Shown: in pieces, positions 21,001 through 29,033 of the stretch | Position numbering within the stretch: position 1 is the stretch's first letter | Layout of the letters: every line of letters begins with the position of its first letter | NCBI GenBank assembly: GCA_965215225.1 | Contig: OZ244039.1 | Coordinates: 926,552 to 990,551 of the forward strand | Reading direction: 5' to 3' | Source: Gammaproteobacteria bacterium | Lineage (GTDB): Bacteria; Pseudomonadota; Gammaproteobacteria; CBDBNL01; JAAOII01 | DNA length: 64,000 bases | Made by a program: the position numbers and the translations under genes | The notes under the pieces: generated by a model | Database searches by the model: none | What the model saw: the letters and a program-made list of their open reading frames with translations, nothing else | What the model was told of the DNA's origin: nothing

Positions 21001-24000
21001 GCACAGCAGTAGCTGGCATTGCAGCTGCTCGTGGCGATAATGGCTTGGGTATTAAGGGAGTGGCGCCTGAGGCAGGCATCTATATGGCAAACTATCTTCA
21101 ACAACAAAGTCTTACGTCCTTATTGGATGCTTTCAGTCGCAAAACTGATGAGACTCTTGTTTCTGTCAATAGCTGGGGGTCATTATCCTATACAAGGTTG
21201 ACTAAAAGAAACAAACTAGTATTAGAAACGATTGAAGCCCATCTCGACCACCCCCTTAATTCTAGTATTAGCTATGTATTTTCTGCTGGGAATAATCGTG
21301 GAGTGCAGATGGCAACCTATCAAGGAATGCGCAATCATCGCGGCGCTATTACGGTCTGTGCTACCAATGCGCTGGATTCCTATGCTAGTTATTCTAACCC
21401 AGGGATTAACCTTTGGGTTTGCGCTCCTTCTGGCGATGATATTTCTGCTGATGCACCGGCCGGTCTAGGAAGCCCCTTAGGAGAATGGCAGCTAGGCTTG
21501 GCTACTACAGACTTAACTGGTCGGGCTGGTTATAACCAGGGTCTTGCGCCGCCCCCGGTTGGTTCCCCTTTCGGTAACATATTAGAGTCGCATCTTGACT
21601 TTGGCGGCGATGCCTTCTATTATCGGGAAATGGATTATAGGTCGGACTATATATCCTATGATGGCAATCTGATTGCTGGGTTGCCTGGGACAGATGCCTA
21701 TACTAGATTTTTTTTTGGGACCTCGGCAGCAGCTCCGGTGGTAGGGGGAGTCATAGCCTTGATTCGTTCTGCCTATCCGGCTTTAAGTTGGCGAGATACG
21801 AAGCTAATATTAGCGGAATCAGCCGAGCAGGTGGATGCCTCTGCCGCTTCCTGGCAAATAGGTGGCACCGCCTATCATGACACTGGCTCACACTATACCC
21901 ATAGCATAGACTATGGCTTTGGATTGGTAGATGCTGCCGCAGCATTGGATTTGGCTGCGGAATGGCAGGTTTTGCCGCTGGAGCGTCGTAATGAAACTAT
22001 TGAAAAGACTACCCTTTTTGGTCCTGTCAATATTGAGGATACTATTCGTATTGGAGATATTGGTTTCGACTTTATTGAATATGTTCAGCTGGAGATAGAT
22101 AGTTCCTATGCTGATTTTGGTCATCTGGATATTGAGTTAATTTCCCCTAGGGGAATTAGGAGTCTAGTTGCTCGTCGTCATATATGCGCTCGCGGGATAA
22201 GAGAACGAGATTGCGCTGATCTTGAAGGCGGGTTTACCTTTGCCAGTGCTGCCCATTTGGGTGAGGATCCACGAGGAGACTGGACTCTAATAATCGGCGG
22301 TGCGGCCAGCCCTACCCAGTTTGATTGGCAGCTAAGGTTCTATGGTCATCAGAGAGGAGCCGGCTCAGCGCTGGATTCAGATGACGATAATGATGGGGTG
22401 AATGATTATTTTGACCGATGTCCTACTGGTACGACTGGCTGGGCAAGCAATGGTTCTATCGATCATGATGGGGATGGTTGCCGTGATGCGGATGAGGATA
22501 ATGATGACGATAATGATGGTAGAAATGATGTTTCAGACCGATGTTCTACTGGTGCGGTAGGTTGGACGAGCAATCCTTATACCGATCATGATAGGGATGG
22601 TTGCCGTGATAGAGATGAGGATGAAGATGACGATAATGATGGGGTCGATGATGATTTAGACCTATGTCGTACTGGTACGACGGGCTGGACAAGCAATCCT
22701 TCTAGCGATTATGATGGGGATGGTTGCCGTGATAGAGATGAGGATGAAGATGACGATAATGATGGGGTGGATGATGATTTGGACCTATGTCGTACTGATG
22801 TGGCGGGCTGGACAAGCAATGGTTCTAGCGATAATGATGGGGATGGTTGCCGTGATGTGGATGAGGATAGGGATGGGGGTCAGGGTACAGATGACGATAA
22901 TGATGGGGTGGATGATGATTTGGACCTATGTCGTACTGGTGTGACGGACTGGGAAAGCAATGGTTCTAGCGATTATGATGGAGATGGTTGCCGTGATGCG
23001 GATGAGGATCCAGATGACGATAATGATGAGGTGGATGATGATTTGGACCTATGTCGTACTGGTGTGACGGACTGGATGAGCAATGGTTCTAGCGATAATG
23101 ATGGGGATGGTTGCCGTGATGTGGATGAGGATAGGGATGGGGGTCAGGGTACAGATGACGATAATGATGGGGTGGATGATGATTTGGACCTATGTCGTAC
23201 TGGTGTGACGGACTGGGCAAGCAATGGTTCTAGCGATAATGATGGGGATGGTTGCCGTGATAGAGATGAGGATAATGATGACGATAATGATGGGTTGGAT
23301 GATGATTTGGACCGATGTTTTGCTGGTGTGACGGGCTGGACGAGGAATGGTTCTAGCGATCATGATGGGGATGGTTGCCGTGATGCGGATGAGGATGATG
23401 ATGATGATAATGATGGGGTGGATGATGATTTGGACCTATGTCGTACTGGTGTGACGAACTGGACGAGCAATCCTTCTAGCGATCATGATGGGGATGGTTG
23501 CCGTGATGCGGATGAGGATGATGATGATGATAATGATGGGTTGGATGATGATTTGGACCGATGTTTTGCTGGTGTGACGGATTGGATGAGGAATGGTTCT
23601 AGCGATAATGATGGGGATGGATGCCGTGATGTGGATGAGGATAGGGATGGGGGTCAGGGTACAGATGATGATAATGATGGGTTGGATGATGATTTGGACC
23701 GGTGTCCTACTGGTGCGACGGGTTGGACAAGCAATGGTTCTAGCGATTATGATGGAGATGGTTGCCGTGATATGGATGAGGATCCAGATGATGATAATGA
23801 TGGGTTGGATGATGATTTGGACCGGTGTCCTACTGGTGTGACGGACTGGACGAGGAATGGTTCTAGCGATAATGATGGGGATGGATGCCGTGATGTGGAT
23901 GAGGATAGGGATGGAGGTCAGGGTACAGATGACGATAATGATGGCCTTTCAAACGAGTTGGATCTGGATCTGGATGGGGATGGGTTAATAGAGATAGCTA

Positions 24001-25568
24001 CGGCGGCGGAATTAGATGCAGTGCGCTATTCTCTAAATGGTAATGGGCGTAGGTTATCAGAAGATGCGGTGCTCAACACCACTGGCTGTGGTGGAGCTAG
24101 AGGCGTTACTTCTTGTTTCGGTTATGAGCTGGTTGCGAATATAAGTCTTGTGGATTATAGAGATGACAAAGGCTGGCAACCATTGGGTCATGATACGGAT
24201 AGTTCTACATATGGATGTCAAGGAGCTGCTTTTAATGGGGCTTTTGATGGCAATAGTTTTAGGATTAGCAATTTAACCATTAATCGTCCGAGTGAAGATT
24301 GTGTGGGTTTGTTTAGTCATATAACCGAAGGTTCAGAGATTCGCAATCTTATTCTTAGTGCCGAGGCAGTGATAGGTAAGGATTTTGTAGGCGGTCTGAT
24401 GGGGTGGGGTAGATCGGCTTCGATTTATTCTTCATCGGTTGTGGCAGATGAGGTGAGCGGGAGTATAGAAGTAGGCGGTCTGGTGGGGGCTGGTGAATCG
24501 GTTTTGATTCATTCTTCTTCGGTTGTAGTGAATGAGGTGAAAGGGTTTTTGTCGGTAGGCGGTCTGGTGGGGTGGGGTAGATCGGCTTCGATTTATTCTT
24601 CATCGGTTGTGGCAGGTGTGGTGAACGGGAATACAGAAGTAGGCGGTCTGGTGGGGGGTGGTGGATCGGCTCGGATTGATTCTTCATCGGTTGTGGCAGG
24701 TGTGGTGAACGGGAGTATAGAAGTAGGCGGTCTGGTGGGGTGGGGTAGATCGGCTTCGATTTATTCTTCATCGGTTGTGGCAGGTGTGGTGAACGGGAAT
24801 ACAGAAGTAGGCGGTCTGGTGGGGTGGGGTAGATCGGCTTCGATTTATTCTTCATCGGTTGTGGCAGGTGTGGTGAACGGGAGTATAGAAGTAGGCGGTC
24901 TGGTGGGGAATGGTCACTCGGCTTGGATTGTTTCTTCTTCGGTTGTGGCAGGTGAGGTGAGCGGGATTGGTGATAGAAGTCGTGCTGTAGGCGGTCTGGT
25001 GGGGTGGGGTAGATCGGCTTCGATTTATTCTTCATCGGTTGTGGCAGGTGAGGTGAGCGGGATTGGTGATAGAAGTGGTGCTGTAGGCGGTCTGGTGGGA
25101 TATTTTGAGGATGGTAGGGTTGCTTATTCTTATGTAGTCTTAGACAGTGATACTGCTATGCTGGTTGGGAGGGGAGACGGGACTGGAGTTGCTTCTTATT
25201 GGGACAGTGAGACTAGTGATATCAATATTGGCAATCATGGTGAAGCTAAGACCAGCAATGATCTTCGCATGCCAACTGGCTATACAGATATTTATGCCAC
25301 TTGGAACGATGAGACAAATATATTTGGCGATGGGGAAGACGAGTCACTGGCGGTCTGGTGTGATAAGGATAATAGTAGGACCATTGAGGCGGATGAAAAA
25401 ATTGATGACAATCGCATCTGGAATTTCGGCACTTCAAGTGAGTATCCCGCCATTCGCTGTACTCCCACCACTCCTACTGAATGGCGTAGCTGGTGGTTTT
25501 TGAATGCAACTGGCAAACCCCAATTAAACCAGACCCGTTTAGACAACCTACTCCCCTCCTTAAACTAA
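18072..25568 (+). CDS. Giant lipoprotein: TSP3-like Asp-rich repeats, PPC-like domains, kexin/furin-like S8 protease with P-domain, further repeats, GLUG region
   Basis: Lipobox LIAC; about 21 DGCRD repeats; S8 triad VVDNG / HGTAVAG / GTSAAAP with oxyanion SAGN; YGFGLVDA; P-domain HLGEDPRGDWTL; VGGLVG repeats. Confidence 0.88.
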   Translation: MNCYMCSLIELFSRRLLILSGFLFAEFYFLTRLMMTPCLLYLARGRSVLFLLAGISFLVLIACSGGGGGSDSMDGDPGGNRSIDGSLGGGSPRAFEVDITFAPISGGFRIGNQSDFGDFVSLNITATSGNGSVIEERNINIAEFIDDNYEFTGLNDQFDWTFAIRGTLRDGSQQEVMIAFVWEENEEDHASGGIRSGINKDGDGRVDSVDEDDDGDGLDDSSDQCRVGETDWMSNRSTDHDGDGCRDASSEDNDDDNDEVDDISDGCSRGETDWMSDRSTDHDGDGCRDDGEDTDDDNDEVDDISDGCSRGETDWMSNRSTDHDGDGCRDASSEDTDDDNDEVDDISDGCSRGETDWMSNRSTDHDGDGCRDASSEDNDDDNDEVDDISDGCSRGETDWMSNRSTDRDGDGCRDDGEDTDDDNDLLPDLMDTGMVDGRECRLHEDCDNDEIGDSPDQCRVGETDWRSNRSTDHDGDGCRDDGEDTDDDNDLLPDLMDTGMVDGRECRLHEDCDNDEIGDSSDQCRVGETDWRSNRSTDHDGDGCRDDGEDTDDDNDEVDDISDGCSRGETDWMSNRSTDHDGDGCRDDGEDTDDDNDGLDDGLDLCPTGVTDWTRNGSSDHDGDGCRDADEDTDCSDSIAGVECSIDLGGTTDEFLRASDRDYFVVDLEEAGILSLWILGSLNIEVSLLNEEEASRLRDEGNSSTSRPYDQNYAGDQYFYELAAGRHYLEIVNKGPPISLTLVTSFQPALIDSCGSTQNTACPLDNLINLASGSIYSTNGSIYPINDSDMFKFYITRPGRLTFWLESQLDSEASLRDEDGNRLVYDDDGGYGYDFKISQNVHSLGRGLYYLDITSGFSSLDYPRFGPYELFVQFIPMGEERRCELADTVGGSQPNRTADPLLAYQWYLDRIGVKEVWAEGHEGQGVHISVVDNGLDMMHEDLIQNIIANASRNYLVKEDHPSRHSPLPTDCWEDGHGTAVAGIAAARGDNGLGIKGVAPEAGIYMANYLQQQSLTSLLDAFSRKTDETLVSVNSWGSLSYTRLTKRNKLVLETIEAHLDHPLNSSISYVFSAGNNRGVQMATYQGMRNHRGAITVCATNALDSYASYSNPGINLWVCAPSGDDISADAPAGLGSPLGEWQLGLATTDLTGRAGYNQGLAPPPVGSPFGNILESHLDFGGDAFYYREMDYRSDYISYDGNLIAGLPGTDAYTRFFFGTSAAAPVVGGVIALIRSAYPALSWRDTKLILAESAEQVDASAASWQIGGTAYHDTGSHYTHSIDYGFGLVDAAAALDLAAEWQVLPLERRNETIEKTTLFGPVNIEDTIRIGDIGFDFIEYVQLEIDSSYADFGHLDIELISPRGIRSLVARRHICARGIRERDCADLEGGFTFASAAHLGEDPRGDWTLIIGGAASPTQFDWQLRFYGHQRGAGSALDSDDDNDGVNDYFDRCPTGTTGWASNGSIDHDGDGCRDADEDNDDDNDGRNDVSDRCSTGAVGWTSNPYTDHDRDGCRDRDEDEDDDNDGVDDDLDLCRTGTTGWTSNPSSDYDGDGCRDRDEDEDDDNDGVDDDLDLCRTDVAGWTSNGSSDNDGDGCRDVDEDRDGGQGTDDDNDGVDDDLDLCRTGVTDWESNGSSDYDGDGCRDADEDPDDDNDEVDDDLDLCRTGVTDWMSNGSSDNDGDGCRDVDEDRDGGQGTDDDNDGVDDDLDLCRTGVTDWASNGSSDNDGDGCRDRDEDNDDDNDGLDDDLDRCFAGVTGWTRNGSSDHDGDGCRDADEDDDDDNDGVDDDLDLCRTGVTNWTSNPSSDHDGDGCRDADEDDDDDNDGLDDDLDRCFAGVTDWMRNGSSDNDGDGCRDVDEDRDGGQGTDDDNDGLDDDLDRCPTGATGWTSNGSSDYDGDGCRDMDEDPDDDNDGLDDDLDRCPTGVTDWTRNGSSDNDGDGCRDVDEDRDGGQGTDDDNDGLSNELDLDLDGDGLIEIATAAELDAVRYSLNGNGRRLSEDAVLNTTGCGGARGVTSCFGYELVANISLVDYRDDKGWQPLGHDTDSSTYGCQGAAFNGAFDGNSFRISNLTINRPSEDCVGLFSHITEGSEIRNLILSAEAVIGKDFVGGLMGWGRSASIYSSSVVADEVSGSIEVGGLVGAGESVLIHSSSVVVNEVKGFLSVGGLVGWGRSASIYSSSVVAGVVNGNTEVGGLVGGGGSARIDSSSVVAGVVNGSIEVGGLVGWGRSASIYSSSVVAGVVNGNTEVGGLVGWGRSASIYSSSVVAGVVNGSIEVGGLVGNGHSAWIVSSSVVAGEVSGIGDRSRAVGGLVGWGRSASIYSSSVVAGEVSGIGDRSGAVGGLVGYFEDGRVAYSYVVLDSDTAMLVGRGDGTGVASYWDSETSDINIGNHGEAKTSNDLRMPTGYTDIYATWNDETNIFGDGEDESLAVWCDKDNSRTIEADEKIDDNRIWNFGTSSEYPAIRCTPTTPTEWRSWWFLNATGKPQLNQTRLDNLLPSLN
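18670..19975 (+). repeat. Coding tandem repeat block 1 (9 DGDGCRD units, mostly 123-126 bp)
   Basis: Repeated ctgaccatgatggggatggttgccgagatg. Confidence 0.93.
22373..23990 (+). repeat. Coding tandem repeat block 2 (12 DGCRD units, 123-141 bp)
   Basis: Repeated gatggggatggttgccgtgat...gataatgatggg. Confidence 0.93.
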
Positions 25569-25629
25569 CGACTGGCTTTGACTAGTCCCCTACACCATTT
25601 CAACTAGATGACTGGTGGTCTTTGGGCGG

Positions 25630-25651
25630 GATGAGGCGCCACTGCCTCATC
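25630..25651 (+). terminator. Hairpin downstream of the giant lipoprotein gene
   Basis: gatgaggc/gcctcatc 8 bp stem; weak U tail. Confidence 0.4.
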
Positions 25652-25821
25652 TTACTGAGGCCTGGTTATTTTTCTATTAAGCATTTATTATGGATATGAA
25701 TAGAACCATAAATAGAACTATAAATAAGAGTATAATAAGCAGATGATATTCATAAGAGAGATAAGAGGGTTAAAAGAGATAAGGGAGAGTATGAATCAAG
25801 CTTCTCTAAAAGGGCTGGAAG

Positions 25822-26181
25822 ATGAATGAGAACCTATTGGCTGAGATACAGTGGAACGAGGAGGGGTTAATTCCCACTATTATTCAGTGCTACAAAACGA
25901 AGAGGGTTTTAATGCTTGCATGGATGAATGCCGAGTCGCTGAGCCTGAGTATTAAAGAAAAACGCACTGTTTTTTGGTCAAGGTCGCGCCAGAAATTGTG
26001 GTATAAAGGAGAGACCTCTGGTTCGATTCAACTGGTGAAAGACCTATTGTTGGATTGCGATGGGGATTGTTTGCTTATTAAGGTGGAGCAAAAGGGAACG
26101 GGGGCTTGTCATACCGGGAAGCCCAGTTGTTTTTTTCGTCAATATGATATTAACAAAGGGTGGATTGAATATGAGACTTGA
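25822..26181 (+). CDS. hisI: Phosphoribosyl-AMP cyclohydrolase
   Basis: [20 protein letters not shown] and ACHTG..SCF. Confidence 0.96.
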   Translation: MNENLLAEIQWNEEGLIPTIIQCYKTKRVLMLAWMNAESLSLSIKEKRTVFWSRSRQKLWYKGETSGSIQLVKDLLLDCDGDCLLIKVEQKGTGACHTGKPSCFFRQYDINKGWIEYET

Positions 26182-26377
26182 TGATCTCAACAGAGGCTGG
26201 ATTGAATATGGCACTTGACGATCTCAACAAACTAATCGGAAATACAATGGTAGTTTTATGGATTGAATATGAGACTTGCTGATCTTAACAGAGGCTGGAT
26301 TGGATATGGCACTTGACGATTTCAACAAACTAATCGGAAATACAATGCTAAGTTTATGGATTGAATATGAAACTTGA
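26161..26377 (+). repeat. Five copies of the hisI-end/hisE-start motif (98 bp unit twice, plus one)
   Basis: tggattg(a/g)atatg..acttg at 26161, 26198, 26259, 26296 and 26357. Confidence 0.9.
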
Positions 26378-26921
26378 AATCTTGCATCTGCTGGAAGAGA
26401 TTTTGTTGGAGCGGCGGAGGTTGCTGCCGTCTGACTCCTATTCTTCCTATCTTTTTGAATCTGGTTTGCCAAAGATACTTGACAAATTAGGGGAAGAGGT
26501 TGTGGAGTTGTTGGTGGCGAGTCGTCATCGGTCTAAACAGGAGGTGGTTAATGAAGCGGCCGATGCCATTTTTCATCTGTTGGTCTTTATGGTGTTTATG
26601 AAGATCAGACTTGATGATATGTTGCCGGATCAAGAGGGCTTTTCAGATGATCAGCTTGAGAAGGCGATGAGTCATAAGGGAAAGGGGTTCTTTTATAAGG
26701 CGGCGATGGATTCGATAACCAGCTTGATTATTTTGTCAGGCGATGATGATGGGTCTCATGAAAGATATGAGGAGATCAACAACACATGTCGCCAGCTGCT
26801 TTATTGTGTGTTGTTGTTATGCAACTCTCGTCAATTAAAGGTGCTGAGAGTATGGGAAGAGCTAAAAGATAGACTAAGAGACTCTCCTCAGAGGGACAAG
26901 AATGTGGCTGTTACTCATTGA
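26367..26921 (+). CDS. hisE: Phosphoribosyl-ATP pyrophosphatase, extended by a degenerate second HisE-like domain
   Basis: SYSSYLF..G..KILDKLGEE...EAADAIFH; conserved hisI-hisE-tatABC order. Confidence 0.88.
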   Translation: MKLEILHLLEEILLERRRLLPSDSYSSYLFESGLPKILDKLGEEVVELLVASRHRSKQEVVNEAADAIFHLLVFMVFMKIRLDDMLPDQEGFSDDQLEKAMSHKGKGFFYKAAMDSITSLIILSGDDDGSHERYEEINNTCRQLLYCVLLLCNSRQLKVLRVWEELKDRLRDSPQRDKNVAVTH

Positions 26922-26938
26922 TTTAATGGTTCAAAATA

Positions 26939-27151
26939 ATGTCTAACATCAGTATTTGGCAGATACTCATTATCCTACTTGTCATTGCCCTATTGTTTGG
27001 TATGGGTAGATTACCTCAATTAGGCAAGGACTTGGGCAAGGCTATTCGCAGCTTTCGGCGGTCTGTAGAGGGGGACGACTCATCAACGGCTGGCAAGCGG
27101 GACTCATCGACGACTGACAAACAGAAGAAATCGCCAAAGAAGCGAGACTAG
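26939..27151 (+). CDS. tatA: Twin-arginine translocase subunit TatA
   Basis: ISIWQILIIL..LLFG..RLP.LG.DLGKAIRSF. Confidence 0.93.
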   Translation: MSNISIWQILIILLVIALLFGMGRLPQLGKDLGKAIRSFRRSVEGDDSSTAGKRDSSTTDKQKKSPKKRD

Positions 27152-27152
27152 T

Positions 27153-27392
27153 ATGTGGGGAGTGGGATTTTTTGAATTAGTCCTTCTATTTGTTTTGATA
27201 TTGCTGGTCTTGGGGCCTCAAAGGATGTTGCTGCTGGCTCGTTATTGTGGGTTGTTTGTTCGCAAGGCTCGGGTAGTTTATACTCAAGTGATTGATGAAA
27301 TAGACCAGCAGCTCAGACTAGATGAGACGATCCGTTCGGCCAAAACCAAGAAAGCAAGACCAGACCAAGAAAACCAAGAGAAAACCGAATAA
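27153..27392 (+). CDS. tatB: Twin-arginine translocase subunit TatB
   Basis: GFFELVL...LVLGPQRM; lies between tatA and tatC. Confidence 0.88.
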   Translation: MWGVGFFELVLLFVLILLVLGPQRMLLLARYCGLFVRKARVVYTQVIDEIDQQLRLDETIRSAKTKKARPDQENQEKTE

Positions 27393-27393
27393 C

Positions 27394-28119
27394 TTGGCAA
27401 CCAGTCTGCCTTTAATTCGCCATCTTAGCGAACTTCGTTCTCGTTTGCTAATAGTTTTTGCCGTCTGGCTGGTGTTGTTTGTAGTCTGTGTTATCTATTC
27501 AAGACAGCTATATGGTTTAGTCGCCGAGCCACTGATTAGGTTGTTGCCGAGTGATGGCTCGTTGATAGCAATAGAAGTGGCTTCCCCAGTCCTAGTGCCA
27601 TTGAGATTGGCGGCTTTTGCTTCTTTTGTTCTTGCCCTACCTGTTGTCCTTCATCAGCTGTGGTCTTTCATCTCGCCGGGGCTCTATAGGAAGGAGAAGC
27701 TTATCGCGCTGCCATTACTTTTTTCTTCTATTTTGCTTTTTTACTTGGGGATGGCTTTTGTCTATTATCTAGTTCTTCCCTTAGCACTTCAATTTTTTCA
27801 TCGCATAACCCCTGAGGATGTGCAGCTCATGACAGATATGAGGAAGTATCTCAACTTTGTCCTTAGATTTTTGATTGTCTTTGCTGTGATATTTGAGTTG
27901 CCTATTGCTTTGTTCTTGTTTGCCCGAAGTGGTGTTATTAGTTTGGCACGGCTGAAACAGCTGCGCCGCTATGTGATAGTTGGTTGCTTTGTTATAGCCA
28001 TGTTATTGACGCCACCAGACATTTTTTCTCAGCTACTCTTAGCTGTTCCTATGATAGTGCTTTATGAGATGGGTCTGCTGTTGATATTTGTGGATCAAAA
28101 GTTTTGGCGAAGGAGATAG
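27394..28119 (+). CDS. tatC: Twin-arginine translocase subunit TatC
   Basis: HLSELRSRL, QLWSFISPGLY and LTPPD; probable TTG start at 27394. Confidence 0.95.
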   Translation: MATSLPLIRHLSELRSRLLIVFAVWLVLFVVCVIYSRQLYGLVAEPLIRLLPSDGSLIAIEVASPVLVPLRLAAFASFVLALPVVLHQLWSFISPGLYRKEKLIALPLLFSSILLFYLGMAFVYYLVLPLALQFFHRITPEDVQLMTDMRKYLNFVLRFLIVFAVIFELPIALFLFARSGVISLARLKQLRRYVIVGCFVIAMLLTPPDIFSQLLLAVPMIVLYEMGLLLIFVDQKFWRRR

Positions 28120-28124
28120 GGATA

Positions 28125-29021
28125 TTATTTGAACAGATAGATCAGCAGGGCTTTTTGGCTGTGCAAACGGTTCTCGGCTTGTTGCCACACGGCTGAGCGG
28201 GGGTCATCCAATAGTCCATCGGCTACTTCCTTGCCCTCTTGTGCTGGGAGGCAATGCATAAAGAGCACCTCGTCCTTTGCTCTATCAAGGAGCTTTTGGG
28301 TTACCTGATATGCTTTTAGAGCGCGCCTCTTCTTCACAGCATTCTTATCTCCCATCGAGACCCATACATCAGTGCATACCAGATCGGCATCCTTGATTGC
28401 TTTCTCAGGTTCTGTCTCAATTACTAGGTTTGCGCGATATAGATTCAGAAATTCTTTGGGTGGCAAATACTCAGCGGGGATAGCAAGATGAAGCTTAAAA
28501 CCATAGAGCTTGGCGGATTGGATATAGCTACGGCAGACATTATTGCCATCGCCGCACCATACAACCTTCTTGCCTTTGATACTACCGCGTAGTTCATAGA
28601 AGGTCATGATATCCGCTAATAGCTGACAGGGATGAAAATCCGATGACAGAGCATTGATGATGGGGACAGATGAATAGAAGGCGAACTCTTCGATTGTCTT
28701 ATGGTCTTTAGAGCGGATGACAATGGCTTGAACCATAGAAGAAATAACCCGGGCCGTGTCGCGAACCTGCTCGCCACGAACCAGCTGGCTGCTATCTTCG
28801 GTCATGAATATGCAGTTGCCTCCTAGCTGCCTTATGCCGGTTTCAAAGGCTAAGCGGGTGCGTGTTGATGGTTTTTGGAATAGGAGAACAAGAGTCTTTC
28901 TCTTTAAAGCCTGAGGGGAGCTGCCATTTTCGTTAAGAGATCTCTTCAGCTTTAAGGCTAAGGAGGTAAGGCGATGATGAGCAGAAAGAGGCAGGTCCTC
29001 TGTCGTCCGAAAATGCTGCAT
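28125..29021 (-). CDS. argF: Ornithine carbamoyltransferase
   Basis: STRT, HPCQ, GDGNNV, DVWVSMG and FMHCLP. Confidence 0.95.
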   Translation of the reverse strand: MQHFRTTEDLPLSAHHRLTSLALKLKRSLNENGSSPQALKRKTLVLLFQKPSTRTRLAFETGIRQLGGNCIFMTEDSSQLVRGEQVRDTARVISSMVQAIVIRSKDHKTIEEFAFYSSVPIINALSSDFHPCQLLADIMTFYELRGSIKGKKVVWCGDGNNVCRSYIQSAKLYGFKLHLAIPAEYLPPKEFLNLYRANLVIETEPEKAIKDADLVCTDVWVSMGDKNAVKKRRALKAYQVTQKLLDRAKDEVLFMHCLPAQEGKEVADGLLDDPRSAVWQQAENRLHSQKALLIYLFK

Positions 29022-29033
29022 TATGAGAAGAGG

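Noticed and set aside
18587-25035. Long antisense and alternate-frame ORFs (18587-19570, 24355-25035 and others)
   Set aside because: They are shadows of repetitive coding sequence in the giant lipoprotein gene.
26161-26377. Mini-CRISPR appearance (short repeat with intervening sequence)
   Set aside because: The intervening sequences are themselves repeated, and the repeat is the hisI/hisE coding junction.
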